64,000 nt of DNA from Bifidobacterium sp. (GCF_050874245.1 NZ_JBNMKH010000001.1:9140-73139), one strand, 5' to 3'; shown: positions 31,361 through 44,052, numbered from the stretch's first letter. Numbers and translations are program-made. The notes: a model not told the origin generated them from the sequence alone.

Positions 31361-31624
31361 TCACAGGTTCTTGTAAATATCCTCGAGCGTGATGCCGCGG
31401 TCGATCATCATGACCTGCAGATGGTAGATGAGCTGGCTCATCTCCTCTGCCGTGCGGTCAGCTCCCTCGTATTCGGCGGCAATCCAGGTCTCCCCCGCCT
31501 CCTCGACGATCTTCTTGCCGATGAAATGCGTGCCCTTGGCCAGCTCATCGACGGTCAGGGAACCCGCTTGCTTGGTAGCGGCCTTCTCGCTCAGTTCTGC
31601 GAACAGCGATTCAAAAGTCTTCAT
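31361..31624 (-). CDS. hisE: Phosphoribosyl-ATP pyrophosphatase
   Basis: [18 protein letters not shown]. Confidence 0.95.
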   Translation of the reverse strand: MKTFESLFAELSEKAATKQAGSLTVDELAKGTHFIGKKIVEEAGETWIAAEYEGADRTAEEMSQLIYHLQVMMIDRGITLEDIYKNL

Positions 31625-31653
31625 AGTCGTATGCTTCCTTGTGTGGTGATCGT

Positions 31654-32319
31654 TCACGCCTTGAAGGCCGCTTCGGCCTTCTCGCGGATGGAATCGATGG
31701 CTTCGGCCGGATTCTCGGCGCCGTACACTGCGGAGCCTGCGACCAGCACATCCGCGCCGGCTTCCGCCACGATATGCGCGGTCTTGGGGCTCACTCCGCC
31801 ATCGACCTGAATCTTGGTGTCCAAGCCTCGGCGAGTGATCTCGTCACGCAGACGACGTACCTTGGCCATCTGGTTGTCCAGGAACTTCTGGCCTCCGAAG
31901 CCAGGTTCGACGGTCATGATCAGCACCATATCGAATTCGTCAAGAATGTCGAAGATCGGCTCTACCGGTTCAGCCGGGCGCACGGCGAAGCAAGCCTTGC
32001 AGCCCATGTCGCGCAACTGACGGGCGAGACGCACCGGAGCATGGGTGGCCCCCATATGGAAGCTGACGGAAGCCGCACCAAGCTTGGCGTATTCCGGAGC
32101 CCAACGATCCGGATCCTCAATCATCAGATGCACATCGACAGGTAGGTCGGTGACCTGGCAGATGCGGGCCACAATCGGCTCGCCCAGCGTCAGATTCGGA
32201 ACGAAATGATGGTCCATCACGTCCACATGGACGAGATCAGCGTTGGAAATGGCCTTGAGGTCGCGTTCCAGATTGCAGAAATCGGCGGACAGGATGCTAG
32301 GTGCGATTTGAATAGTCAT
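31654..32319 (-). CDS. rpe: Ribulose-phosphate 3-epimerase
   Basis: [35 protein letters not shown]. Confidence 0.97.
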   Translation of the reverse strand: MTIQIAPSILSADFCNLERDLKAISNADLVHVDVMDHHFVPNLTLGEPIVARICQVTDLPVDVHLMIEDPDRWAPEYAKLGAASVSFHMGATHAPVRLARQLRDMGCKACFAVRPAEPVEPIFDILDEFDMVLIMTVEPGFGGQKFLDNQMAKVRRLRDEITRRGLDTKIQVDGGVSPKTAHIVAEAGADVLVAGSAVYGAENPAEAIDSIREKAEAAFKA

Positions 32320-32353
32320 GTCTCTCATTCTATGGAAGGTAATCGACTTGATA

Positions 32354-33361
32354 TCACTGGTTGTCGGAATGCTCATCGACATGTGAGACGGAAGAGTCGT
32401 CGTTCGGCATGATTTCACCCACGGTTTTCACGGAATTGGTTTCGGCCGTCGAATCAGAGCCAAGGCCATCGGCGAGACGGGTCTCGATTTCGGTGACGGT
32501 ACGCAGCTTCTCCGCAAGCAACGCCGTGGGTTTGCCCATCTGCTGGACGACGATGAAGGCCACCACGCCAAGTACGAACACCGCCAAGGAAACCCACACA
32601 TTGATACGCACGCCCAGGAACTCATGGGCGAAATCGATGCGCAAAGCCTCGATCCAAGTGCGTCCAGCCGTATACCACATGATGTACAGGGTGAACAGCG
32701 ACCCCGCCTTGAGCCTTTTCATGATCCTGGCCCCGAGGAACACGATGAGCGCCGCACCGACGAGATTCCAGATCATCTCATATAGGAAAGTGGGGTGGAA
32801 CAGTGTGCCCGTCGGACAGGTGGCACCGTCATAGCATTGTTCGCTGTGGCCTATGGCGCTTCCCTCCATGTTGAGCTTCAAACCCCACGGCAGCGTGGTC
32901 GGCGCGCCGTAGAGCTCCTGGTTGAACCAGTTCCCCAAGCGTCCCACAGCCTGCGCAACAAGCAGTCCCGGGGCGACGGCGTCACCGAGCAGCGCCATCG
33001 GATAATGCTTGTGCCGGCACCATGCCCATGCGGCAAGCGCTCCAAGCAACACACCGCCCCAGATGCCCAATCCACCATTCCAGATTCGGAACATCTCGGT
33101 CCAATCGCCATTCGGTCCGAAGAAACGTTCCGGAGTGGTGATGATGTGGTAGATGCGCGCGCCGATGATACCGCTTGGCACCGCGACCAATGTGATGTCG
33201 AGAATCTGGTCGAAGGTGCCGCCGTATCGCTTCCAGCGAACGGTTGTCATCCATACGGCCAGCACGATGCCAAGCAGAATGCACAACGCGTAGAAATGTA
33301 TGGTCACCGGACCGATGGAAAACTGTGAGATCGTCGGCGACGGAATATAAGCAAGTGTCAT
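32354..33361 (-). CDS. lgt: Prolipoprotein diacylglyceryl transferase
   Basis: [32 protein letters not shown]. Confidence 0.96.
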   Translation of the reverse strand: MTLAYIPSPTISQFSIGPVTIHFYALCILLGIVLAVWMTTVRWKRYGGTFDQILDITLVAVPSGIIGARIYHIITTPERFFGPNGDWTEMFRIWNGGLGIWGGVLLGALAAWAWCRHKHYPMALLGDAVAPGLLVAQAVGRLGNWFNQELYGAPTTLPWGLKLNMEGSAIGHSEQCYDGATCPTGTLFHPTFLYEMIWNLVGAALIVFLGARIMKRLKAGSLFTLYIMWYTAGRTWIEALRIDFAHEFLGVRINVWVSLAVFVLGVVAFIVVQQMGKPTALLAEKLRTVTEIETRLADGLGSDSTAETNSVKTVGEIMPNDDSSVSHVDEHSDNQ

Positions 33362-33429
33362 GGTTCCCCGATGGTAGTCCACGTATCCGATATGATGCGT
33401 GGACCACCAATGAGCCGTTTCCGGCTGTT

Positions 33430-34305
33430 TCAGTTACGGGCGTTATGGATGCCGTCGGCGAGCTCCTCGGTCTTCGCGGCCAAAGCCCTGAGACCGGCGG
33501 CCTCGTCGACGGCGTGTTTGCCGGATTCGTCGAGCATGGTATGCACCAAGGCCGAGCCCACGATGACACCATCCGCATATGCTCCCACACGGGCGCCCTG
33601 CTCCGCGGTGGACACGCCGATGCCGACGCACACGTTTTTCGCCCCGGCCTTACGGGTGCGGGATACCAGCCCCTCCGGTGAGGCGTCGATGGTGGAACGT
33701 TCGCCGGTGACGCCCATGCGTGCCGCCGCGTAAACGAAGCCACGCGCATTGTCGGCGACGATCTTCAGACGGTCCTCGGTGGAATCCGGGGATACCAGGA
33801 AGATACGGTCAAGCCCATGGCGGTCGGACGCCTCGATCCATTCGCCGGCCTCGTCCGGAATAAGGTCCGGAGTAATCAGACCGGCGCCGCCCGCGTTCTC
33901 GAAGTCACGTGCGAAACGCTCGACGCCGTAATGGAAGATGAGGTTCCAGTAGCTCATGACCAGCGGCACTCCCCCGGCATTCGCCACGGTCTCCACGGCT
34001 TTGAACACATTGGCTATTTTCTCGCCGTTGTCGATGGCAATCTGGGAGGCCGCTTGGATGACGGGGCCGTCCATAACGGGATCGGAATACGGCAATCCGA
34101 TCTCGACCGCGTTCACACCATGTTCGACCATGGTGCGGAACGCTTTGAGCGAGTATTCCGGATCAGGGAATCCATATGGCAGGTATCCGATGAAAGCCGG
34201 CCTGTTGGCAGCTTTGAATCCCTCGAACATGGATTCCGTCGGGCTGGGCTTGTGACTGATGCCGAGCGGCTGTCCGGACGGCGTGGATGCTGTTGCGTTC
34301 ATCAT
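33430..34305 (-). CDS. trpA: Tryptophan synthase alpha chain
   Basis: EIGLPYSDPVMDGPVIQ, GVTG, GIGVS, ADGVIVGSA. Confidence 0.97.
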   Translation of the reverse strand: MMNATASTPSGQPLGISHKPSPTESMFEGFKAANRPAFIGYLPYGFPDPEYSLKAFRTMVEHGVNAVEIGLPYSDPVMDGPVIQAASQIAIDNGEKIANVFKAVETVANAGGVPLVMSYWNLIFHYGVERFARDFENAGGAGLITPDLIPDEAGEWIEASDRHGLDRIFLVSPDSTEDRLKIVADNARGFVYAAARMGVTGERSTIDASPEGLVSRTRKAGAKNVCVGIGVSTAEQGARVGAYADGVIVGSALVHTMLDESGKHAVDEAAGLRALAAKTEELADGIHNARN

Positions 34306-34322
34306 GATGATTGCTCCTTCTC

Positions 34323-36416
34323 TCACTCGCCGTCCACGTTGTTGCCCTGGGCGCCATTGGCTTCCAGTGCCTTGGCCTGTTCATCGGTCAGATATCCGAA
34401 CCACTTGCCGGCGGTGTTCATATCCTTGTCTCCACGACCGGAAATGTTGATGATCATGACCGGATGCTCATAGCCCTTGGCCTTGAGGTCCGCGGCTGCC
34501 TTATAGGCACCGGCGACGGCATGGGAGCTTTCGATGGCCGGAATGATGCCCTCGGTCTCGCACAGGTCCTTGAAGGCGCTCATGGCCTCCTGATCGGTCG
34601 CCCAGGAATAGTTGACGCGACCGATGTCCTTGAGCCATGCGTGTTCGGGGCCTACGGAAGCGTAGTCCAATCCGGCGGAGATGGAATAAGTGTCGAGGGT
34701 CTGCCCTTCGGAGTTCTCCAGCAGATAGCTCTTGGCTCCCTGGAACATGCCGAGTTCGCCGGTACCCGGCGCGAATCTGATGGCATGCCGCCCGGATTCG
34801 GGGCCATTCCCGCCAGCCTCGTAGCCGTACAGGTTCACACGTTCGTCATCAAGGAAGGCGTTCATGATGCCGATGGCGTTGGAACCGCCGCCGACGCATG
34901 CGCAAATCGCATCCGGATGGTCGATGCCGTACCAATCCTGCAACTGCTGCTTGGCCTCCTCGCCGATGATCTTCTGGAAGTCGCGCACCATGGATGGGAA
35001 CGGATGAGGACCCGCGACCGTACCGAGCAGGTAATGGGTGTCCTTGACGTTGGTGACCCAATCACGCAACGCCTCATTGATGGCGTCCTTGAGAATGCGG
35101 TCACCCAAGGTGACCTCCACGACTTCAGCTCCCAGCATGCGCATGCGCGCCACGTTCAACGCCTGGCGACGAGCATCGATCTGACCCATGTAGATGCGGC
35201 ACTTGAGACCCAGCATGGCGCAGACCGTCGCGGTGGCCACACCATGCTGTCCGGCGCCGGTTTCGGCGATCACGCGGGTCTTGCCCATGCGCTTGACCAG
35301 AAGGGCCTGCCCGAGCGCGTTGTTGATCTTGTGGGCACCGGTGTGGTTCAGGTCCTCACGCTTGAGGAACACACGAGCGTCAAGCCCGGTCTTCTCTTTG
35401 AGACGCTCGGCGAAACGGGGAGCCTCGGTCAACGGGGACGGACGGCCGACATACTGCTTGTTCAATCGAGCCAATTCCTTATGGAATTCCGGATCGGCCT
35501 TGGCTTCCGTATACACGCGCTCAAGCTCGTCCAACGCCGTGATCAACGCTTCCGGCACATATCGTCCGCCGAATTGCCCGAAATACGGTCCTTCATGGCT
35601 TGCCAATGGGGTCTGTTCGGATGCTTTCACTCTTGCACCTGCCTTTACTAGTCGGTTCACCGCCTGTTCGTGGTCGGCTGCGGTGGCGACGCCTTCGCCA
35701 ACCAGCACCGCATCGGCGCCGGCACGGGCATAGTCCTCAAGCTCGACCGCGCCGAACACACCCGATTCCGCCACACGAATCACATCATTCGGCAAATCGG
35801 CCGCCAATTCGTTGTATTTGTTCACGTCCACCTTGAGATCTTTGAGATTACGGGCATTGATGCCGATGACCTTGGCCCCCGCCTTGATGGCACGCTGAAT
35901 CTCCTCACGCGTGTGGGTCTCCACAAGAACCGTCATGTTAAGACTGTGAGCAAGATCGAGCAGGGACTTGAGCCTGTCATCATCCAACGCGGCGACGATG
36001 AGCAGCACCAAATCCGCCCCATGCGCACGCGCCTCCCAAATCTGGTATTCGGTGACGATGAAATCCTTGCGCAGCACGGGAATCCTCACCGCGGCGCGCA
36101 CCTTGTCGAAATCGTCAAGCGAGCCGAGAAACCGGCGTCCCTCGGTAAGCACGGAAATCGCGCTTGCCCCTCCCCGTTCGTATTCACGGGCCAAAGCGGC
36201 CGGATCGGGGATATCGCTCAAATGACCTTTGGAGGGGGAAGCCCTTTTGATTTCGGCGATGACCGGGACGCCATCCGACTTCTTCAGCCATTGACGCGCG
36301 TCAATCGGCGACGGCGCGTCGAACGCCATACGCTTGACCTCGTCAAGCGGCACATCCTTCTCCCTCGATTTCTGATCTTCGACGGCTCCCGCCACCAATT
36401 CATCGAGCACGGACAT
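34323..36416 (-). CDS. trpCB: Fused indole-3-glycerol-phosphate synthase / tryptophan synthase beta
   Basis: TrpC: [24 protein letters not shown]. TrpB: [31 protein letters not shown]. One uninterrupted ORF. Confidence 0.97.
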   Translation of the reverse strand: MSVLDELVAGAVEDQKSREKDVPLDEVKRMAFDAPSPIDARQWLKKSDGVPVIAEIKRASPSKGHLSDIPDPAALAREYERGGASAISVLTEGRRFLGSLDDFDKVRAAVRIPVLRKDFIVTEYQIWEARAHGADLVLLIVAALDDDRLKSLLDLAHSLNMTVLVETHTREEIQRAIKAGAKVIGINARNLKDLKVDVNKYNELAADLPNDVIRVAESGVFGAVELEDYARAGADAVLVGEGVATAADHEQAVNRLVKAGARVKASEQTPLASHEGPYFGQFGGRYVPEALITALDELERVYTEAKADPEFHKELARLNKQYVGRPSPLTEAPRFAERLKEKTGLDARVFLKREDLNHTGAHKINNALGQALLVKRMGKTRVIAETGAGQHGVATATVCAMLGLKCRIYMGQIDARRQALNVARMRMLGAEVVEVTLGDRILKDAINEALRDWVTNVKDTHYLLGTVAGPHPFPSMVRDFQKIIGEEAKQQLQDWYGIDHPDAICACVGGGSNAIGIMNAFLDDERVNLYGYEAGGNGPESGRHAIRFAPGTGELGMFQGAKSYLLENSEGQTLDTYSISAGLDYASVGPEHAWLKDIGRVNYSWATDQEAMSAFKDLCETEGIIPAIESSHAVAGAYKAAADLKAKGYEHPVMIINISGRGDKDMNTAGKWFGYLTDEQAKALEANGAQGNNVDGE

Positions 36417-36457
36417 TGATATTCCTTTCACAACACAATCGAATGGTCACGCATGAC

Positions 36458-38014
36458 TCACAACTGGCGAAGCTGCGCGGCGATCTGCACCGCCTCGACG
36501 CTGGCTTCGGCCTTGTTGCGAGTCTCTTGCCACTCACTGGCCGGCACGGAATCAAGTACGATTCCGGCTCCGGCCTGCACGCTCGCTTCATGGTCGCGGA
36601 TGAATGCAGTTCGAATGGCGATGGCCATATCGAGGTTGCCTGAAAAATCAAAGTAGCCGACGGTACCGCCGTAGATGCCGCGATCGGCCGGCTCAAGCTC
36701 ATCGATGATGTCGATGGCGCGCGGTTTCGGCGCTCCGGACAACGTTCCCGCGGGGAAGGCGGATGTGAATACATCGAACGGAGTCATACCATCGGCGACC
36801 TGTCCTGTAACGGTCGAGCAGATGTGCATGATATGGCTGAATCGCTTGATATCCATCAGGGAAACGACTTCGACGCTTTCCGGTTTGCACACTCGGCTCA
36901 GATCGTTGCGCGCCAGATCGACCAACATGATATGTTCGCTGCGTTCCTTCGGATCCGCCAGCAGCTCCTTGGCCAGTCTCTCGTCCTCTTCGGGAGTGGC
37001 GCCGCGCGGCCGGGATCCGGCGATCGGGAAGGACATGGCATGGCCATTGTCCACCTTGATCAGGGTTTCCGGACTGGAGCCGATGACGTTGAAATCGCGT
37101 CCCTGGGCATCAGTGAGCGCCATGAAGTACATGTACGGGCTTGGATTGAGCGTGCGCAGCACACGGTACACGTCGAACGGATCCGCAGGTGAATCGATGT
37201 CAAGTCGCTGCGAGATGACCACTTGGAACACATCGCCGTCGACGATGTGCCGCTTGGCCGTTTCGACGGCACGCTCGTAGTCCTCTTTTTCGGTACGGAA
37301 CCGCAACTGGGGCTGTTCGACCGATTCGTCGAGCACATTGACCCTTGCCTCGTTCTCAACCGGTGTGGCGGCCTTGCGCTGCATGTCATCCAAACGTTCC
37401 AGAGCCTCGTCATAGGCGGCATCGGCGCGTGTCGGTCGGTCGTCGACATTCACGGCATTGGCGATCAGCCATACGGAACCGGATACATGGTCCACCACGG
37501 CGATATCCGTGGCAAGGGCCAGCACGGTTTCCGGCTGCCCGGTCTCGTTCGGCGCCTCGGCGTGTAGCGTCGGTTCCCAATGACGAATCGAATCCCAACC
37601 CACCGTGCCGACAAGACCGCTGGTCAGATTCGGCAGTCCATCGACATGTGGGGCCTTCAATGTCTTCAACGCCGCATGGGCCACTTCGACGACATCACCC
37701 TCAGCAGGAACGCCAACGGGCACCCGTCCAAGCCAATCGGCCTTGCCTGCGTTTGAACGCAACTGCGCCATGGAATTCACACCGATGAAGCTATAGCGGC
37801 TCCAAGCCCCGCCGAATTCAGCGGATTCGAGAATAAATGTGCCGGAACGTCCTCCTGCCAGACGCTCATAGAAGCCCACGGGCGTCAGTGAATCGGCGAG
37901 CAGCCGCCGCACGATAGGGATGACGCGGTACCCTTGGTCCGCCAATTCATGGAACTGCTCACGGCTTGGCCAGGTCGAGCCCCACTTCAGTGTACGCACG
38001 CTGCATTCGCTCAC
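36458..38014 (-). CDS. trpE: Anthranilate synthase component I
   Basis: [42 protein letters not shown]; GTG start overlaps the hisI stop. Confidence 0.95.
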   Translation of the reverse strand: MSECSVRTLKWGSTWPSREQFHELADQGYRVIPIVRRLLADSLTPVGFYERLAGGRSGTFILESAEFGGAWSRYSFIGVNSMAQLRSNAGKADWLGRVPVGVPAEGDVVEVAHAALKTLKAPHVDGLPNLTSGLVGTVGWDSIRHWEPTLHAEAPNETGQPETVLALATDIAVVDHVSGSVWLIANAVNVDDRPTRADAAYDEALERLDDMQRKAATPVENEARVNVLDESVEQPQLRFRTEKEDYERAVETAKRHIVDGDVFQVVISQRLDIDSPADPFDVYRVLRTLNPSPYMYFMALTDAQGRDFNVIGSSPETLIKVDNGHAMSFPIAGSRPRGATPEEDERLAKELLADPKERSEHIMLVDLARNDLSRVCKPESVEVVSLMDIKRFSHIMHICSTVTGQVADGMTPFDVFTSAFPAGTLSGAPKPRAIDIIDELEPADRGIYGGTVGYFDFSGNLDMAIAIRTAFIRDHEASVQAGAGIVLDSVPASEWQETRNKAEASVEAVQIAAQLRQL

Positions 38015-38421
38015 CGTTGGCCCTCCTGTTCCTTGGTCCGATAGCCTACGACCACGGGCAGCTGTCCGCCTTCCTCGAAGCAGGAGCGCTTGCCCGTATG
38101 ACACGCCGCTCCCACTTGGTCGACTTCCACCAGAATGGCATCCCCATCGCAATCCAGTGCGAAGGACTTCACATATTGGGCATGACCCGACGTATCGCCC
38201 TTGCGCCAGTACTCCTGCCTAGATCTCGACCAGAACGTGACACGACCGGTGGTGAGGGTCCGTCTGACGGCTTCGTCGTTCATATAGCCGACCATCAGCA
38301 CTTCCTTGGTGTCGAACTGCTGGATGACGGCGGCGACCAGACCCTTGTCGTCACGCTTGAGCCGTTGCGCGATGCGGGGATCGAGAGTGATGGAGTTGTC
38401 GTATGCTTTTTCGTTGGTCAT
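38011..38421 (-). CDS. hisI: Phosphoribosyl-AMP cyclohydrolase
   Basis: FWSRSR, KGDTSG, DCDGD, ACHTG. Confidence 0.97.
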   Translation of the reverse strand: MTNEKAYDNSITLDPRIAQRLKRDDKGLVAAVIQQFDTKEVLMVGYMNDEAVRRTLTTGRVTFWSRSRQEYWRKGDTSGHAQYVKSFALDCDGDAILVEVDQVGAACHTGKRSCFEEGGQLPVVVGYRTKEQEGQR

Positions 38422-38507
38422 GATGATGCTTCTTACGATTCGTTCAGTGGAAATGTTCTACGTGCGGCGGTTCCGGTCAATATCAGACCGTGGATGCGTC
38501 ATTCCGT

Positions 38508-39278
38508 TCAGCGCACGGTGTAGCCAGCGGCCTTGATGGCCTCCTTGACCTCACCGATGGTGACCTTTCCATAATGGAAAATCGATGCGGCAAGCACCGC
38601 GTCCGCGCCGGCCGCAATCGCCGGTGGAAAATCCGCCGCCTTTCCGGCGCCACCCGAAGCGATGATAGGAATCTTGACTTCCTTGCGCACGGCCTTGATC
38701 ATTTCCAAATCGAATCCCTGCTGGGTGCCGTCGGCGTCCATCGAATTGAGGAGGATCTCTCCTGCGCCGAGCTCCTGGGCGCGTTTGACCCACCAGATGG
38801 CGTCAATGCCAGTGGATTTGCGTCCTCCCATGGTGGTCACTTCAAAACCGGACTGCGTATGGCGCTCTCCACGCTCACGTCGCGCATCGACGGAAAGGAC
38901 AAGCACTTGGTTGCCAAACCGTTCGGAAACTCGGCTAATCAGCGTGGGATCGTTGATAGCCGCGGTGTTGACACCGACTTTGTCCGCACCGCAGCGAAGT
39001 AGCGAATCGACGTCCTCGGGAGTGCGCACGCCGCCACCGACGGTCAGCGGGATGAAAATCTGCTCAGCGGTCCGGCTCACCACATCCACCATGGTATGCC
39101 TATGGGAGCTCGAGGCCGTCACATCAAGAAACGTCAGCTCGTCAGCGCCCTGCCGGTAGTATTCCGCAGCAAGTTCCACAGGATCGCCAGCGTCGCGAAG
39201 ATTCTCGAAATGCACGCCTTTGACCACTCGTCCCGCATCTACATCAAGACATGGAATGACTCGGACCGCCAGTGACAT
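38508..39278 (-). CDS. hisF: Imidazole glycerol phosphate synthase cyclase subunit
   Basis: [33 protein letters not shown]. Confidence 0.97.
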   Translation of the reverse strand: MSLAVRVIPCLDVDAGRVVKGVHFENLRDAGDPVELAAEYYRQGADELTFLDVTASSSHRHTMVDVVSRTAEQIFIPLTVGGGVRTPEDVDSLLRCGADKVGVNTAAINDPTLISRVSERFGNQVLVLSVDARRERGERHTQSGFEVTTMGGRKSTGIDAIWWVKRAQELGAGEILLNSMDADGTQQGFDLEMIKAVRKEVKIPIIASGGAGKAADFPPAIAAGADAVLAASIFHYGKVTIGEVKEAIKAAGYTVR

Positions 39279-39383
39279 GGTGCTCTACTCCTTCGCGCAT
39301 AAAGTTTGCAACGATTGCAAGAGTAACCGCAAAATGTCACGTCGACGCGCATGGAGTCCGAGTATCGGACAGAAACATTGGAA

Positions 39384-40568
39384 TCAGTCGCGTTCCTTGG
39401 CGGCCAGCTGTCCGCAGGCCCCATCTATGTCCTGCCCGCGGGTGTCCCGCAATGTGGCAGTGATGCCCGCGTTGCGAAGGATCTGCAGGAATCTGCGTTC
39501 GTCCTCGGGTTTGGACGCGGTCCATTTCGATCCCTCGATGGGATTGAGCGGAATCGGATTGACATGCGCCCAGTCATCCCCGTAATGGTTCAGGCGCTTG
39601 GCCAGCAGTCTGGCATGCTCGGCCTGGTCGTTGATTCCGCGCATCAAAGCGTATTCGATGCTGACCCGTCGTTTGGTGGCCAGATAGTAATCGTGCGCGG
39701 CGTCCAGCACCTGCGTGGTGTTGAAGCGCTTGTTCATCGGCACCAATTCATCGCGCAGCTCGTCGCTCGGAGCATGCAGCGATACCGCGAGCCTCACAGG
39801 AATGCCCTCCGCGGCAAGCTTCCTGATGCCCGGCACCACGCCAACCGTGGAGACAGTGACATTGCGGGCGGAAATGCCGAAACCTTCAGGAGGCATGGCG
39901 CTGATCTGCCGGACGGCGCTCAATACCGACCTATAGTTGCCCATCGGCTCGCCCATGCCCATGAACACGATATTGCTCAAGCGGCCCGGACCACCGGCCA
40001 CGTCGCCGTCGCGCATGGCTTTGGCGGCCACCCGTACCTGTTCCACGATCTCACCCGCGGACATGTTCCTGGTCAGTCCCAACTGGCCGGTGGCGCAGAA
40101 CGGGCAGCCCATGCCGCAGCCGACTTGGCTGGATATGCACAGCGTGGTTCTTGTCGGATAACGCATCAGCACGGATTCAATCAATGATCCGTCGAACAGC
40201 CGCCACAATGTTTTGATGGTCGCACCCTCGTCGGCCACCTGACGGGTCACTTCGTGGATGAGTTCCGGGAAGAAGGTTTCGGCCGCGTCGGCACGTCTGG
40301 CCGCGGGGAAGTCGGAGAACTCCTCCGCGTCGATGTCGAAATGGCCATAATAATGGTTGGCCAATTGCTTGACCCTGAATTTCGGCAACCCGATTTCCTT
40401 GGCCTTGGCGATTCGCTCATCGTCGGACATGTCGGCGAAATGCAGCGGCGGCTTGCCACGCCGGGCGTGATCCTTCGATAGCACATCCCTGAATGCGCCC
40501 GATGTTCCTCCGGGCGTGATACCGGTTTCCGGTTGTTCGTTCGTGGAATTATTCACGTTTGCAGCCAT
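39384..40568 (-). CDS. rlmN: 23S rRNA/tRNA m2A methyltransferase RlmN
   Basis: CISSQVGCGMGCPFC, MGMGEP, SLHA, DIDGACGQL. Confidence 0.97.
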   Translation of the reverse strand: MAANVNNSTNEQPETGITPGGTSGAFRDVLSKDHARRGKPPLHFADMSDDERIAKAKEIGLPKFRVKQLANHYYGHFDIDAEEFSDFPAARRADAAETFFPELIHEVTRQVADEGATIKTLWRLFDGSLIESVLMRYPTRTTLCISSQVGCGMGCPFCATGQLGLTRNMSAGEIVEQVRVAAKAMRDGDVAGGPGRLSNIVFMGMGEPMGNYRSVLSAVRQISAMPPEGFGISARNVTVSTVGVVPGIRKLAAEGIPVRLAVSLHAPSDELRDELVPMNKRFNTTQVLDAAHDYYLATKRRVSIEYALMRGINDQAEHARLLAKRLNHYGDDWAHVNPIPLNPIEGSKWTASKPEDERRFLQILRNAGITATLRDTRGQDIDGACGQLAAKERD

Positions 40569-40575
40569 CTCTTTC

Positions 40576-41562
40576 TCACATTCCGGTGGCCCACAGCAGC
40601 ACGCACACGAAGGGCGCGCACAGCAGGATGGAATCGACGCGGTCCATCACGCCACCATGGCCTTTGAGCAGGTGCCCCATGTCCTTGATGCCGATGTCAC
40701 GCTTCAGCATGGATGCGCACAGATCGCCGAACGTTCCCGCCACGCCGATCATGACGCCCGCGATGACGGGCACCCACCAGCGGGACGCGCATACGGAAGG
40801 CTCATACGTGCAGAACATCGAGACGAAGAAACCGGCCATGGCGAACAGGATGGAACCGGCGAGGCCCTCCCAGGACTTCTTCGGGGAGATACGCGGGCTG
40901 AGCTTGTGCTTGCCGAGCCAGGCTCCGGCGAACAGTCCACCGGTATCGCTCAAAGCCGGCATGAACACCAGCATGATGGCATGCGCCACAGGATGGTCGT
41001 TGAAGGTCAACGGCATGATCAGGCAGGAGGCCAGCAATGGGATGTACAGCACCGTGAACATGGAGACGGCCACATGGCTCAGGCGGCTGTGGCTGATCTC
41101 CCCCTGCTCGTGGTTGAATGACGATTCAAGACGAGCACCGGCATCGGTATGCGACAGCTTGTCCGCCACCGCAAGGGAGAGACGGCTGCCGAATGTCACC
41201 TTGGCGCTGGCCGCGATGGCGACCAGCAGCAGCGATACCAATACGCAGACCGTCATCGCCACAATATGATGGGTGCTGTAATACGTGGCCAGCAGTGTCG
41301 CGGCCGAACACACCCACAGCGTCACCACGGGAATATGCAATCCCACAGTGGCGAAATCGACGCGCAGCTCCCACAGGGCGAGCATCATGAACAACACGAC
41401 CAGATAGACGAACAGGTCGACGCTGATCAGCAGACACGCCAGAATGATGGCGATGAGGACGACAGCCGTGCCAATGGCCTGTGGCATGTTTCGCCCTGTC
41501 TTCTTGTTGATGGCGTCGATGGCCTCGGCTTCCTTTTCGTGTTGCTCCTGATGCCCCGTCAT
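40576..41562 (-). CDS. cdsA: Phosphatidate cytidylyltransferase
   Basis: SPKKSWEG, GDLCASMLKR..IKD.G..L.GHGGVMDRVDS. Confidence 0.95.
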   Translation of the reverse strand: MTGHQEQHEKEAEAIDAINKKTGRNMPQAIGTAVVLIAIILACLLISVDLFVYLVVLFMMLALWELRVDFATVGLHIPVVTLWVCSAATLLATYYSTHHIVAMTVCVLVSLLLVAIAASAKVTFGSRLSLAVADKLSHTDAGARLESSFNHEQGEISHSRLSHVAVSMFTVLYIPLLASCLIMPLTFNDHPVAHAIMLVFMPALSDTGGLFAGAWLGKHKLSPRISPKKSWEGLAGSILFAMAGFFVSMFCTYEPSVCASRWWVPVIAGVMIGVAGTFGDLCASMLKRDIGIKDMGHLLKGHGGVMDRVDSILLCAPFVCVLLWATGM

Positions 41563-41614
41563 GTTCTCCCCTGTGGTTACCGTGCGTCGATTGTTGATAT
41601 GGAGGTATGGAGAC

Positions 41615-42169
41615 TCAAACCTCCATGATCTCCTTCTGCTTGGTTTCCAGCAGAGCGTCAAGTTCGTCGGTGGTCTGCTTGGTGACCTTGTCCAGCTCCT
41701 TGAGCAGACGATCGCCCTCGTCCTCGCCCATGTCGCCGTCCTTGATCGCCTTGTCAAGCGATTCCTTGGCCTTGCGACGGATGTTGCGCACCGCGACCTT
41801 TCCGTCCTCCGCCTTGCCCTTGGCGATCTTGACGTATTCCTTGCGGCGCTCCTCGGTCAGCTCCGGCATGGTCAGACGGATGACGTTGCCGTCACGACGC
41901 GGGCTGGCGCCAAGATCGGAGTCTCGCAACGCCTTCTCCACGGCATTGGCCTGGGATGCGTCGAACGGGGTGACTGCCAGCGTGCGCGGTTCCGGGACGC
42001 CGATGGTGGCGACGGCCTTCAACGGAGTCGGAGCACCGTAATAATCGACGGTGATGCCGTTAAGCAACGCCGGATTCGCACGGCCGGTGCGGATGCCTGA
42101 GAAGTTCTCCTTGGTGGATTCCACGGACTTTGCCATCTGGGCCTTGGCCTGATCAACGATAGTTGCCAT
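41615..42169 (-). CDS. frr: Ribosome recycling factor
   Basis: IRTGRANP, PELTEERRKE, RNIRR. Confidence 0.98.
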   Translation of the reverse strand: MATIVDQAKAQMAKSVESTKENFSGIRTGRANPALLNGITVDYYGAPTPLKAVATIGVPEPRTLAVTPFDASQANAVEKALRDSDLGASPRRDGNVIRLTMPELTEERRKEYVKIAKGKAEDGKVAVRNIRRKAKESLDKAIKDGDMGEDEGDRLLKELDKVTKQTTDELDALLETKQKEIMEV

Positions 42170-42220
42170 TGTTTTGCTCCTTATTTTGTTTTTTCAATCG
42201 ATATTCGACGTTGAATGTCG

Positions 42221-42970
42221 TCACTCGGCAAGCTTGGATTCAGCGGTGGAAACCATGGTGCCGATTTCGTCACCAAGCAGCGCGCGGGTCACGTTTCCGG
42301 CGCCTTCCAGACCGAAGACGCGGATGCGCTGGCGATTGTCCCTCGCCATGGAGAGCGCCGAGGCATCCATGACGGCAAGATTGTCCACCAGCGCGCGGTT
42401 GTAGCTCAACGTGGCGAAACGCTTGGCGCTTTCGTCCTTGCGCGGATCAGCGGTGTATACGCCGTCCACGCCGTTCTTGCCCATCAGCACCTCGTCGCAG
42501 TGGATCTCCAGGGAACGCTGGATGGATACCGTGTCGGTGGAGAAGTACGGCATGCCGGCACCGGCGCCGAAAATCACGACACGGCCCTTTTCCAAATGGC
42601 GAATGGCCTTGAGCGGAATGTAAGGCTCGGCCACTTGACCCATGGTGATGGCGGTCTGCACGCGGGTCGCTTGCCCCTCCTGCTCAAGGAAATCCTGCAA
42701 CGCGAGGCAGTTCATCACAGTGCCGAGCATGCCCATGTAATCGCCGCGGGAACGGTCAATGCCGGCCTGCTGCAATTCGGCGCCACGGAAGAAGTTGCCG
42801 CCGCCCACGACGATGGCGACCTGTACGCCCTGTTTGACAGCGGGGACGATCTCCCCCGCGATACGGCGGATGACGGCGGTGTCGATACCGACTTTTCCGC
42901 CTCCAAACGCTTCGCCGGAAAGCTTGAGCAACACCCTGCGGGGATTGTCACCAGTGTTTTCGCCAGTCAT
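42221..42970 (-). CDS. pyrH: UMP kinase
   Basis: [31 protein letters not shown]. Confidence 0.98.
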   Translation of the reverse strand: MTGENTGDNPRRVLLKLSGEAFGGGKVGIDTAVIRRIAGEIVPAVKQGVQVAIVVGGGNFFRGAELQQAGIDRSRGDYMGMLGTVMNCLALQDFLEQEGQATRVQTAITMGQVAEPYIPLKAIRHLEKGRVVIFGAGAGMPYFSTDTVSIQRSLEIHCDEVLMGKNGVDGVYTADPRKDESAKRFATLSYNRALVDNLAVMDASALSMARDNRQRIRVFGLEGAGNVTRALLGDEIGTMVSTAESKLAE

Positions 42971-43060
42971 GAAATGCCTTTCTTACCCGAAAACCCATGA
43001 AATTACCGCTCTTAAGACTATCGGCAAACGCAGACACCGAAAACACGATGGCCCGGAGGG

Positions 43061-43100
43061 AAAAGAAAAACGGCCACAACCCGATTGGATTGCGGCCGTT
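43061..43100 (-). terminator. Intrinsic terminator after tsf
   Basis: AACGGCCGCAA...TTGTGGCCGTT stem followed by TTTCTTTT on the minus strand. Confidence 0.75.
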
Positions 43101-43149
43101 GAGGATATGCCGGCCCGCATGGGGAATGCGGGCCCGTCTCATATCAGAT

Positions 43150-44025
43150 TCACTCGGCGTCGCCCTTGCCGACCTCCACGCGAGCGAAGGCCAACGCGGA
43201 GCCACCGACTTCCTTGAACAGGTCGCCGACGGTCTTGGACGGATCCTTGACGTAGGCCTGCTCGAGCAGCACGGTCTCCTTGTAGAAAGCTCCAAGACGG
43301 CCTTCCACGATCTTCGGGGCGATCTTCTCGATCACGGCTTCCGGCTTGCCCTTGCTCTTAAGCTCCTCGGTGGTCTTCTCGGTGGCCACGCGACGCTCGG
43401 ACTCCAGCACATCGGCCGGGACATCCTCGCGGGTCAGCCACTGGGCACCCATCGCGGAAATCTGGAGAGCTGCCTCATGGGCCACGGCGGCGCCGGCCTC
43501 ATCAGTGGCGATCATAGCCACGATGCTCGGCGGCATCTCAGCGGACTTCTTGTGGGCGTAGACCTCGACATGCGGGCCTTCGACCTTGGCGAACTGGCCG
43601 ACCTTGACGTGTTCGCCGAACAGAGCCGCGGCTTCCTCGACGGCTTCCTTCACGGTGGAGTCGCCGGAGGCCGCTGCCAGAACGTCATCCACGGAGGATG
43701 CCCCGGCCTTGACGGCGTCATCGAGCACGCTGTCGGCGAATTCCACGAACTTCGGGGTCTTGGCCACGAAGTCGGTTTCGGAGTTCAGCTCGACCGCGTA
43801 GCCGGTCTGGCCGTTGGCGGACTCAACGACGGTGGAAGCGATGGTGCCTTCCTGGGCCTTGCGGCCTTCGCGCTTGCCAGCGGCCTGAATGCCCTTGGCA
43901 CGGATGATCTCCTTGGCGCGGGCCACGTCGCCTTCGGCTTCGGTCAGTGCCTTCTTGACGTCCATCATGCCGGCGCCGGTTTCCTCGCGCACCTGCTTGA
44001 TCAGAGCTGCAGTGATTGCTGCCAT
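43150..44025 (-). CDS. tsf: Elongation factor Ts
   Basis: REETGAGMMDVKKAL, ELNSETDFVAK. Confidence 0.98.
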   Translation of the reverse strand: MAAITAALIKQVREETGAGMMDVKKALTEAEGDVARAKEIIRAKGIQAAGKREGRKAQEGTIASTVVESANGQTGYAVELNSETDFVAKTPKFVEFADSVLDDAVKAGASSVDDVLAAASGDSTVKEAVEEAAALFGEHVKVGQFAKVEGPHVEVYAHKKSAEMPPSIVAMIATDEAGAAVAHEAALQISAMGAQWLTREDVPADVLESERRVATEKTTEELKSKGKPEAVIEKIAPKIVEGRLGAFYKETVLLEQAYVKDPSKTVGDLFKEVGGSALAFARVEVGKGDAE

Positions 44026-44052
44026 TGATTTGTCTCCTCTGAAAATTTGGTG

